From IMG/VR virus record IMGVR_UViG_3300045988_044506: a stretch of 41,511 bases of DNA. One strand, 5' to 3'. Every line of letters begins with the position of its first letter. Position 1 is the stretch's first letter. The notes beneath the pieces were generated by a model. It searched no databases, was not told the origin of the DNA, and saw nothing but the letters and a program-made list of their open reading frames with translations. Source of the DNA: a virus. The position numbers and the translations under genes are program-made. This document shows, piece by piece, positions 34,609 to 41,511 of the stretch.

Positions 34609-35132
34609 TTCTCACCCACAACTGCATCAACAACAGCCAGAATGCGCCGTCTATCTTCCTCAGACGCATTCTCATACCGCTCGACCAAGCGCTTTGCGCC
34701 ATCACTCAAACCGTCGCCCTTCGGGGCGGCGGTTTTTTTGTCGTTTCCGCTCAGTCCCATGAGGTAGTCGGGCGATACCCCAAAGTAATCTGAAATTTTT
34801 CTGATTGTTGTATCTCTCGGGGTTCTCCCCGCAGCCCAGCCAGTAACTGCCGCGCTTGTGCATCCTATTGCGAGAGCAACGGAATTGGGCGTGTCCCCGT
34901 TTTGAGAGCAAAGGTAACACAGATTTCGATAAAAAATACTTGGCTCAAAATCGCTCAGGTCATCCGGGTCAACATTGAAATAGTTCGCTATTTTGTAAAT
35001 TGTTTTGCTTCTTGGATTTGCCCCGTTCTTCCACTGAGTAACGGAAGCTGGAGAAATGCCAAGCTCAGTTACAACCGCGGTAGGGGATTTGCTATTTTTG
35101 ATACACAAGGCCGTAAATCTATCCCAAAACAT
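34605..35132 (-). CDS. cI-like lysogeny repressor with two tandem XRE-type HTH domains
   Basis: Two HTH_XRE-like segments. Divergent from the early promoter region. Confidence 0.75.
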   Translation of the reverse strand: MFWDRFTALCIKNSKSPTAVVTELGISPASVTQWKNGANPRSKTIYKIANYFNVDPDDLSDFEPSIFYRNLCYLCSQNGDTPNSVALAIGCTSAAVTGWAAGRTPRDTTIRKISDYFGVSPDYLMGLSGNDKKTAAPKGDGLSDGAKRLVERYENASEEDRRRILAVVDAVVGEK

Positions 35133-35182
35133 GGCAAAGTGATCTCCTTAAAAATAAAACTAAAAAAATATTACAAAATGTA

Positions 35183-35211
35183 TTTACAAACTAATATAAA
35201 TATATTATAAT
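35183..35211 (+). promoter_or_regulatory. Early promoter TTTACA-17-TATAAT, copy 1 of a duplicated 34-bp promoter/operator element (35180..35213)
   Basis: Identical apart from one mismatch to 36733..36766. Confidence 0.6.
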
Positions 35212-35295
35212 ACACCCAAGAAGCAAAAAACTAAAGTTACTATACTGAATATAGCACAACAAAAACCAAAAGGCAACATATAGGAGGAAATAAAA

Positions 35296-35442
35296 ATGAG
35301 ATGGGTTATCGAGTACACACCGGAAGGCAGCGATATGTGGCAGCACGCCTACTGCGATACCGAACAGGAAGCATATGAAGGAGCCGCGTATCTGGAATCT
35401 GTCGGAGCCGACATAACAGCGATATTTGAGCTGGATTATTAA
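35296..35442 (+). CDS. Small acidic hypothetical protein (48 aa), first early gene
   Basis: RBS TAGGAGG. Confidence 0.45.
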   Translation: MRWVIEYTPEGSDMWQHAYCDTEQEAYEGAAYLESVGADITAIFELDY

Positions 35443-35522
35443 GCCGAAACGCCCGCTGGGCGTCCGCAGGAACCGCCCCACCTGCGCTGAAGATGGCAGG
35501 GCATATTTAAGGAGGAATTATT

Positions 35523-36443
35523 ATGGCAGCTTTGGTTGAGACGATGATGTATGTGCGTGAGACCCCGTGGCATGGGCTGGGGACGAAGGTAGACGAAGCC
35601 CCGACCAGCGCGGATGCGCTCCGGCTGGCGCAGCTGGATTGGACGGTTGACCAGCACCCGGTATTCGCCGATGGCAATGAAGTTGCCGGTTACAAGGCAA
35701 ACGTCAGGAGTTCGGATGGCAGATGCCTCGGCATCGTAAGCAATCGCTACAAGGTGGTGCAGAACGTGGATGCGTTCAGCTTCACCGACAGTTTGATTGG
35801 TGGCGATGTGCGCTACGAAACTGCCGGAAGTCTGAACGGAGGCCGTAAGATTTGGCTGCTGGCGAGACTGCCGGAAACTGAAATCTGCGGAGACAAGACC
35901 GACCCATACATGGTGTTCAGCAACACGCATGATGGCACAGGTGCCGTGCGTGTTTGCATGACGCCTGTTCGGGTGGTCTGTAACAACACGCTGAATCTGG
36001 CGCTCGGTTCCGCGCAGCGGGCATGGAGCGTTCGGCACGTTGGAGATATTTCTGCCAAGCTGAACGAGGCGCGGCACTGCTTGGATATGGCCAATCAGTA
36101 TATGGGCGAACTTGGCATTGAAGCTGATCGCTTGGCGAACAAAACCGTTACCGACGAGCGGCTGAAGCAGATCCTTGACGAGCTGTTCCCGGCAAACGAT
36201 GACATGAGGGACATTCAGAAGCGGCACGTTCAGCGACTCAAGGATGAATACATGGTGTGCTATTTCGCCCCGGATATTGCAAAATTCCGGGGTACGGCAT
36301 GGGGCGCAGTCAATGCGATGAGCGATATGGTCACCCACAACAAGCCCCATCGCAACACCGCCAATTATCGTGAAAACAACTGGGGCAGGGTGATGAGCGG
36401 TCACTGGCTTATGGATGCCATGACGGCGGCAGTACGGAAGTAA
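35523..36443 (+). CDS. DUF932 / phage-plasmid-like protein (TIGR03299-like)
   Basis: N-terminal PWHGLG motif and a length of 306 aa. AAGGAGG RBS. The antisense ORF 35439..36515 is judged to be a shadow. Confidence 0.65.
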   Translation: MAALVETMMYVRETPWHGLGTKVDEAPTSADALRLAQLDWTVDQHPVFADGNEVAGYKANVRSSDGRCLGIVSNRYKVVQNVDAFSFTDSLIGGDVRYETAGSLNGGRKIWLLARLPETEICGDKTDPYMVFSNTHDGTGAVRVCMTPVRVVCNNTLNLALGSAQRAWSVRHVGDISAKLNEARHCLDMANQYMGELGIEADRLANKTVTDERLKQILDELFPANDDMRDIQKRHVQRLKDEYMVCYFAPDIAKFRGTAWGAVNAMSDMVTHNKPHRNTANYRENNWGRVMSGHWLMDAMTAAVRK

Positions 36444-36471
36444 CGCCGCAACGATCGGCAACAAAGAAAGC

Positions 36472-36491
36472 GGCCTCCCGTGAGGGAGGCC
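36472..36491 (+). other. Stable hairpin GGCCTCCC-gtga-GGGAGGCC without a U-tract
   Basis: Read directly. Confidence 0.4.
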
Positions 36492-36513
36492 GTCAAGCAA
36501 GAAAGGAGCGATC

Positions 36514-36711
36514 ATGTTTACATCTATCTATCACATTGTTTTCCAATGGTTTAGTCGTCACCCATTGGAGGCCGTCGAGCTGCCGAATGGCGGCTTTGCC
36601 CAGTCCGTCAGCGGCTATGTTCGCCTGTACGACAAGAACGGAGAGTTTGTCCGTGAAGTACAGCTGAGCGAGGATGCGGTGGTCAATTTGATGCTGGAGA
36701 ACGGGATTTAA
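36514..36711 (+). CDS. Hypothetical small protein (65 aa)
   Basis: RBS AAAGGAG. Confidence 0.5.
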   Translation: MFTSIYHIVFQWFSRHPLEAVELPNGGFAQSVSGYVRLYDKNGEFVREVQLSEDAVVNLMLENGI

Positions 36712-36735
36712 AGTGAAAGAATATTGGAAAGCGTA

Positions 36736-36764
36736 TTTACAAACTAATATAAATATAGTATAAT
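36736..36764 (+). promoter_or_regulatory. Early promoter TTTACA-17-TATAAT, copy 2 of the duplicated element (36733..36766)
   Basis: See copy 1. Confidence 0.6.
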
Positions 36765-36815
36765 ACCTAGTGTAAGGAGGTACATCAAGTGGTAGGAAGA
36801 AACGAGGATAACGAA

Positions 36816-36923
36816 ATGAGTACGATGCGAGAGACCGTAAAGCTCATCATTGAGATCGTTCGCAAGTGCCAGACGGTCGATGAGGTGCTCGAAGCTCTGA
36901 ACCGCTGGCTGAGAGATAACTAA
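36816..36923 (+). CDS. Tiny ORF (35 aa; 44 aa from the alternative GTG at 36789)
   Basis: RBS TAAGGAGG, 12 nt upstream of the GTG. Confidence 0.3.
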   Translation: MSTMRETVKLIIEIVRKCQTVDEVLEALNRWLRDN

Positions 36924-36928
36924 AAAAC

Positions 36929-37026
36929 GACTGCTCACCGCCGCAAACGATGAGCAGTCAGAGATCCCGCAAACCCTAGCAAAATCCACGAGATGGGACG
37001 ACGATACTCCTACCCCGTCCCATCTC
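36929..37026 (+). other. Two consecutive long stem-loops (9-bp stem GACTGCTCA / TGAGCAGTC; 11-bp stem GAGATGGGACG / CGTCCCATCTC), both without U-tracts
   Basis: Read directly. Confidence 0.5.
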
Positions 37027-37068
37027 AAGTATACCACAGAAGGTAGGAGAACGCAAGAAAGAGGTGAA

Positions 37069-37263
37069 ATGATGACCAAAATCGAGTTTGAGCGGCGAAA
37101 GGCAAATCTGACTCAGAAGCAGCTCGCCGATCTGATTGGAGTAACGTCTGGCGCAATCAGTTTTTGGGAGATACATAAAACTATCCCCCGTGTAAACCAG
37201 ATTGAAAAGATGGCCGCCGTGCTGAATGTCCCCTACGACCGTCTGATCGGCGATGTGGAGTGA
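37069..37263 (+). CDS. Cro-like XRE-family HTH regulator
   Basis: HTH segment LTQKQLADLIGVTSGAISFWE. GAGGTGA RBS. Confidence 0.7.
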   Translation: MMTKIEFERRKANLTQKQLADLIGVTSGAISFWEIHKTIPRVNQIEKMAAVLNVPYDRLIGDVE

Positions 37264-37273
37264 GGTGAAATAA

Positions 37274-37459
37274 ATGACCAGACAGCTTATCACCGCCCGC
37301 GAAGCGGCAGCTCTGCTGGGCATCGGCGAACAGTCAGCGCGGGAAGTCCTGCGCAAAATCAACACCGAAATGAAGAAGGAGGGGCTGTTCACACTTGATA
37401 ACCCCGTTAAGGTTCCCCGCCGGAGATTGCTCCAGCGGTTCGGGCTGGAAAAGGAGTGA
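37274..37459 (+). CDS. Excisionase-like small DNA-binding protein
   Basis: HTH segment ITAREAAALLGIGEQSAREVLRK, basic C-terminus, 61 aa. Confidence 0.45.
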   Translation: MTRQLITAREAAALLGIGEQSAREVLRKINTEMKKEGLFTLDNPVKVPRRRLLQRFGLEKE

Positions 37460-37463
37460 GGGT

Positions 37464-37688
37464 ATGGACAACCTGACCACTCAGCGCAAGCAAATCTTGG
37501 AGCACCTGAAAAAGCACGGCAAAATCACCAGCATGGAAGCCTTTGAGCTGTTCGGGTGCACAAGATTGAGCGGTCGTATTTACGACCTGAAGGCAGAGGG
37601 CTACACTATCCTGACCGAGCGCACGTCAGGCAAGAGCCGCACCGGGCATAAAACGGAGTATGCAACATATTACTTGGAGGAGTATTAA
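37464..37688 (+). CDS. Winged-helix DNA-binding protein (74 aa)
   Basis: AAGGAGTGAGG RBS. Motif KITSMEAFELFGCTRLSGRIYDLK. Confidence 0.5.
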   Translation: MDNLTTQRKQILEHLKKHGKITSMEAFELFGCTRLSGRIYDLKAEGYTILTERTSGKSRTGHKTEYATYYLEEY

Positions 37689-37704
37689 GACGAGGTGAAA
37701 ACAA

Positions 37705-37974
37705 ATGAACACTACGACGTTAGCACAGTACAAGATCAACCAAGAAGATGGCGATTTTCTCGTCATTGTTTCTGACGGAGACCTTACTCACGTCAACCTG
37801 AATGGCAGAGAAATTAGCGGCAGCCGCATTTCGTTTGTTGCTAGTTCCTACGATGTTCAGCTGAGCGTTGAAGATGAGTATGAAACCACCAGTAGCGTAG
37901 TTTATGACGTCTACGACCATCTTGTGAAGGAGGATAAAACAAATGAGGTATCAGGTAACGATCGACCACTGTGA
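37705..37974 (+). CDS. Hypothetical protein (89 aa)
   Basis: GAGGTGA RBS. Confidence 0.45.
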   Translation: MNTTTLAQYKINQEDGDFLVIVSDGDLTHVNLNGREISGSRISFVASSYDVQLSVEDEYETTSSVVYDVYDHLVKEDKTNEVSGNDRPL

Positions 37975-38164
37975 CAACCACACCGGCCTGCGGAGCGTGA
38001 CACAGGGCATGGTGGAGGGCGACAGCTTCCACGAAGTGGCGGAGAAGGCTATGAGCGGTTACGCGATGGATGGCACTACCGTCTATGCGATGAATTTCGA
38101 TATTGTGGTGACGCCCAAGCCGGAGACCAGTTCCCTGTTCGCGCCGAGACCTTGCGCTGTGTGA
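37943..38164 (+). CDS. Hypothetical protein (73 aa)
   Basis: Strong RBS GAAGGAGG. Confidence 0.5.
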   Translation: MRYQVTIDHCDNHTGLRSVTQGMVEGDSFHEVAEKAMSGYAMDGTTVYAMNFDIVVTPKPETSSLFAPRPCAV

Positions 38165-38231
38165 TGCTCACCGCATCTGGGGGTCATCTATCCCCCATTT
38201 GGTATCTAGAGACAAGAACAAAGGAGCAGAA

Positions 38232-38444
38232 ATGAAAATCGTAACGTTAACGCTGGCAGAAGCGGTTTCCCGGCTTCATCTGGCGGGGCTGAAAATCTCC
38301 AAAGAGACGCAGGGCGAAGGGCTGAAAAGCGGCGTTTATTCGTTCGGCGTCGGCTTCACCGGCCAGCGTGGCGGAACCGTGTATCAGATTTTCAGCCGCC
38401 AGCTGGATGAGTGGATCGCGGAACGATCGGAAGAGGAGGGATAA
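38232..38444 (+). CDS. Hypothetical protein (70 aa)
   Basis: RBS AAAGGAG. Confidence 0.5.
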   Translation: MKIVTLTLAEAVSRLHLAGLKISKETQGEGLKSGVYSFGVGFTGQRGGTVYQIFSRQLDEWIAERSEEEG

Positions 38445-38445
38445 C

Positions 38446-38646
38446 ATGGCAAGCACTACGGTTTATCTGCTGGCACTGGGCGCGACCGGCTTTGCACTGG
38501 TCGATGTGGTCGGCGCAATGGCGGTGAGAGCGTACAGACGGCGCAGAGCGCGTCTTGCGCGGGAGGCGCGGAAACGTGCCGAGGCTGAGAAAATCGCCCG
38601 TCACCAGCTGTTCTGGCGGAATATGCGGGAGACGGCCCAGCTGTAA
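38446..38646 (+). CDS. Small membrane protein (TM helix plus Arg-rich tail)
   Basis: RBS GAGGAGGG. Confidence 0.45.
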   Translation: MASTTVYLLALGATGFALVDVVGAMAVRAYRRRRARLAREARKRAEAEKIARHQLFWRNMRETAQL

Positions 38647-38740
38647 AAAATAAGTGCCGCCCACAGTGCGCGAACACCATGAGCGGCAAGAGGTATATAC
38701 AGGATACCTCTAGTATAGCGCAAGCAAGGAGAGAATGCAA

Positions 38741-39010
38741 GTGGAACAATATTATTATTGCCCGAACTGCTTCGACGTGTTTGATGAACCGGGGTTTACC
38801 CGTGAGTGGGTAGCTGACGAGTTTGGGGAACACTGCGAACTGTGGAGCTGCTGCCCCCGGTGCGAGTCCACGGACTTTGAACAGGCGGAACAGTGTGAGG
38901 ATTGCAGCGGATGGTTTGCACCTAACGAAATCAACGCCGACGGTCTGTGCGGGAACTGCACATATAAGAGCCTGACGGCTCTATTTGAAAAGAAGGTGAA
39001 AGCATGCTGA
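38741..39010 (+). CDS. Cys-rich zinc-ribbon protein with four CxxC pairs (GTG start; an alternative ATG lies at 38735)
   Basis: RBS AAGGAG. Confidence 0.5.
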   Translation: MEQYYYCPNCFDVFDEPGFTREWVADEFGEHCELWSCCPRCESTDFEQAEQCEDCSGWFAPNEINADGLCGNCTYKSLTALFEKKVKAC

Positions 39011-39189
39011 CCTGTGATGGCTATAAGATATTTCGGGGCACGATGACCGTTACCCCGCTGAACGGCCACGAGCCGTTTGACAAGCGCGGAACATGGCTGT
39101 ATAAGCCGCAGTCCGACTGCTGGTACTGCGACGGCGCCAACAGCTATGGAGCGCTGATCTGCAAGGTAAAGGAGGATGAGGCGGAGTGA
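39004..39189 (+). CDS. Small hypothetical protein (61 aa)
   Basis: ORF overlapping its neighbours in an operon arrangement. Confidence 0.4.
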   Translation: MLTCDGYKIFRGTMTVTPLNGHEPFDKRGTWLYKPQSDCWYCDGANSYGALICKVKEDEAE

Positions 39190-39959
39190 GCAATCATAAT
39201 TTCGGCGAACACGCAGAAGAATACAGCGCCAAGCAAAAGAAGAAGATCCCGGTATGGCGAAGCCCTAAATACATCGAAGCGCGGGACAAGGCCATTGAGA
39301 TGATCGAAAGCGGTAAATATGGCCTGACAGACGGCGATTTCTGGATTCTGATGAACGAGACCAAAAGCGGAAAAATGGGCTATACCGGCCTTATCATTTC
39401 CCATAACGGCTGTCTCAAGATCAACGATAGTCTCCCGGAGGAGAAGCGGTTCCGGCCACAGTGCGTAGAGCTTGACAAGGATGGCTGGGGCGAGTCCCTT
39501 GTTTACACCTACAACTGCAACGAGCAGGGAGTCTATGAAGTGGGTGAGTTCAGCCGGGTCAACGGTAAAAATGCTTATCCGTATGCGATGGCCCTGAAAC
39601 GGATGTTTGATCGCGTCGTCCTGAAAACATCCAAGCTGGCCTACTCTGGCGTGTATTCCGAATCCGAATCTGATGATTTTAGCGATACGCGCGAACCATC
39701 CTCAACGAGTGCGGAAGGGAAGCCCGCCGCAGAACCGAAAGAGCCTGATCCTAATGTGGCTCAAAAGCCCCCTGCTACCTGCGAAGAATGCGGCGAAACG
39801 ATTACCGCCACCCGGAACAATGACTATGATACCATCATCCGAAATGGGATGCACTTCAACAAGCATTTGTGCTACTCCTGCCTGATGAAGGCTTTCAAGG
39901 CCGAGAAGGCCGCAGAGGCCAAGAAGGCTCTCGCGGCTAATGCGGAGGCAAGCGCATGA
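39186..39959 (+). CDS. Hypothetical 257-aa protein with a C-terminal zinc ribbon. Possible single-strand annealing / recombination protein.
   Basis: Position upstream of the NinB-like and SSB genes. No family motif recognised. Confidence 0.5.
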   Translation: MSNHNFGEHAEEYSAKQKKKIPVWRSPKYIEARDKAIEMIESGKYGLTDGDFWILMNETKSGKMGYTGLIISHNGCLKINDSLPEEKRFRPQCVELDKDGWGESLVYTYNCNEQGVYEVGEFSRVNGKNAYPYAMALKRMFDRVVLKTSKLAYSGVYSESESDDFSDTREPSSTSAEGKPAAEPKEPDPNVAQKPPATCEECGETITATRNNDYDTIIRNGMHFNKHLCYSCLMKAFKAEKAAEAKKALAANAEASA

Positions 39960-40543
39960 CTCTGAACTGCAAAGGCTCCGACATCAAGTATTTCGGCGGC
40001 TATGTCTGCGTCCCTTGCCAGTCCCCCGGCGATACGCTGGGGGAGCTGGTGGCGGACAAGGAGTACACGGTAACGGTCAAGCGCAAGACAAAAAAGCGCA
40101 GTCTGGATGCTAACGCCTATTACTGGGAGCTATGCGGTAAGCTGGCACAGCACATGGGTGTCACGTCCGGTGAGGTCTACCGGCGGCACATCGTAGATAT
40201 GAGCAACTACGAGACGTACTGCATGATGAGTGCCGCCGTTGAAGCGTTCAGTCGGCTGTGGTGCTCCGATCACTACGGCAGAAGTATAGACACTAGGGCG
40301 AGCAAGATTCCCGGCTGTACGACGGTTTTGGCGTACTACGGCAGCTCCGATTTTGACACGGCGCAGATGTCCCGGCTGATTGACAACTGCGTGCAGGACT
40401 GCAAGGCACTTGGCATTGAGACCCGCCCAGAAGAGGAGGTGCGAAGCCTATTAGCGCAATGGAAAGAGGAGAAAAACGCTGCTGGCTCTGCGGACGAACA
40501 GACCAGCGGCTCGACCGGCACCACATATTCGGAGGTTCACTGA
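39956..40543 (+). CDS. NinB/Orf-family recombination mediator
   Basis: Motif RSLDANAYYWELCGKLA resembles lambda NinB RSLDQNRKLWACLGDVS. Confidence 0.55.
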   Translation: MTLNCKGSDIKYFGGYVCVPCQSPGDTLGELVADKEYTVTVKRKTKKRSLDANAYYWELCGKLAQHMGVTSGEVYRRHIVDMSNYETYCMMSAAVEAFSRLWCSDHYGRSIDTRASKIPGCTTVLAYYGSSDFDTAQMSRLIDNCVQDCKALGIETRPEEEVRSLLAQWKEEKNAAGSADEQTSGSTGTTYSEVH

Positions 40544-40737
40544 GAAGCAAATCCGAGCATTACGGCCTTGTGATTTACCTTTGCCATGACACCTGCCATA
40601 TCTTCGGCAGACATGCAGTGCATCGAGACCCGGAAACTATGCTGATCTGCAAGCGGTACGGGCAGGTAAAAGCGATGGCCGAAAATGGCTGGTCGATTGA
40701 GGACTTCATCGCGGAGTTCGGCCACAATTATTTGTAG
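40459..40737 (+). CDS. Small HNH-type endonuclease domain protein, overlapping the preceding gene by 85 nt
   Basis: Motifs CWLCG ... DRHHI ... LCHDTCH. Confidence 0.5.
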   Translation: MERGEKRCWLCGRTDQRLDRHHIFGGSLRSKSEHYGLVIYLCHDTCHIFGRHAVHRDPETMLICKRYGQVKAMAENGWSIEDFIAEFGHNYL

Positions 40738-40748
40738 GAGGTATATAG

Positions 40749-41162
40749 ATGCTTAATCACATCGTACTTATGGGGCGGCTCACGAAAGACCCCGAGCTGC
40801 GCCACACAAACACAGGGACAGCGGTTGCGTCCTTCTCCCTCGCAGTCGAGAGGGATTTCAAGGATAAGTCCACCGGAGAGCGCCAGACGGATTTTATCGA
40901 CGTAGTGGCATGGCGGCAGACCGGAGAGTTCGTCTCCCGGTACTTCACCAAAGGCCGTCAGGCCGTCGTGGAAGGTCGTTTGCAGATGCGCGACTGGACG
41001 GATAAGCACGGCAACAAACGCCGCTCTGCGGAGGTTATTGCGGACAGCGTGTACTTTGCTGACAGCAACAAACGTGACGATAGCGCACCGGCAACGCAGC
41101 CCGCACATGACGATTTCGCTGAGCTTGATGACCTCGACGATGATGGCGAATTGCCCTTCTGA
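40749..41162 (+). CDS. ssb: Single-stranded DNA-binding protein
   Basis: OB-fold motifs (VLMGRLTKDPELR ... GRLQMRDWTDK) and an acidic C-terminal tail DDDGELPF. Confidence 0.92.
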   Translation: MLNHIVLMGRLTKDPELRHTNTGTAVASFSLAVERDFKDKSTGERQTDFIDVVAWRQTGEFVSRYFTKGRQAVVEGRLQMRDWTDKHGNKRRSAEVIADSVYFADSNKRDDSAPATQPAHDDFAELDDLDDDGELPF

Positions 41163-41173
41163 GGGGTGAGCAA

Positions 41174-41511
41174 ATGCGGGACTCGCTGAGGATTTGGCAC
41201 TCATACATTGAGGCCGCGAGAATGCTTTCGGATGCAGACCGCCTTGCCTATTACGATGCGCTATTTGATTACGGATTTGATGGGATTGATCCGGAATTAA
41301 CCGGAATTCCAGCGGCAATGTTCCTGCTTACCAAACCGAATTTGGACAAATCAATCAGCAAATCGGAAGCAGGAGCCGTCGGTGGTGCAAGCAAACCGGA
41401 AGCAAAACGCAAGCAAACGTTAAGCAAAACGGAAGCAAACGGAAACGAATGCGCAAGCGATAAGAGAATAGAGAATAGAGAAGAGAGAATAGAGAGTATA
41501 CCCCCCATACC
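41174..41511 (+). CDS. Phage replication protein (replisome organizer / DnaD-like), N-terminal part. The ORF continues across the circular junction into 1..516.
   Basis: ATG at 41174 follows the SSB stop with a GGGGTGAG RBS. The frame is open to the window end and is in frame with position 1. Confidence 0.65.
   Translation, partial: MRDSLRIWHSYIEAARMLSDADRLAYYDALFDYGFDGIDPELTGIPAAMFLLTKPNLDKSISKSEAGAVGGASKPEAKRKQTLSKTEANGNECASDKRIENREERIESIPPI

Larger units (their letters stand above)
1..41511. mobile_element. Complete temperate siphovirus-like phage genome, circular contig with a 119-bp terminal overlap
   Basis: Full set of phage modules is present: replication, packaging, head, tail, lysis, integrase, repressor. 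Positions 1..119 are identical to 41393..41511. Confidence 0.85.

Noticed and set aside
35439-36515. 358-aa minus-strand ORF
   Set aside because: Antisense to the DUF932 gene, which has a strong RBS and the family N-terminal motif.

Overview
The window is a complete, circularly closed temperate siphovirus-type phage genome with one gene orientation dominating. The first 119 bp are identical to the last 119 bp, so the unique length is about 41.39 kb. A replisome-organizer-like gene spans the window junction.

Gene order, almost all on the + strand:
- Replication and early module (0-6.7 kb): iteron-like repeats inside and downstream of the rep gene, RusA, two low-complexity tandem-repeat proteins, a possible MazG-like protein and a possible ArpU/RinA-like late regulator.
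- Packaging and head: ParB-like protein, TerS, TerL, portal, Mu-F-like head morphogenesis protein, scaffold, major capsid, connectors.
- Tail: major tail protein, chaperone with a -1 frameshift, a 783 aa tape measure, Dit, a Tal-like protein and two fibre / receptor-binding proteins.
- Lysis: a holin embedded between the fibre genes, a small lipoprotein, and an NlpC/P60-type endolysin with peptidoglycan-binding repeats.
- Accessory and lysogeny block (26.3-37.5 kb):
  - an operator-controlled three-gene cassette insulated by tandem terminators;
  - an eight-gene cluster of compositionally odd small proteins (Q/N-rich paralogs, a Gly/Cys-rich membrane protein, a C39-like peptidase);
  - an attP-like region and a tyrosine integrase co-transcribed with an XRE regulator;
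  - an AT-rich moron island with a small membrane-protein operon;
  - a tandem-HTH cI-like repressor;
  - a duplicated early promoter bracketing a DUF932 cassette;
  - Cro-like and Xis-like genes;
  - a recombination module (NinB/Orf-like, HNH, SSB).

No rRNA, tRNA, CRISPR array or reverse transcriptase was seen. Family names were assigned from motifs read by eye, not from database searches.
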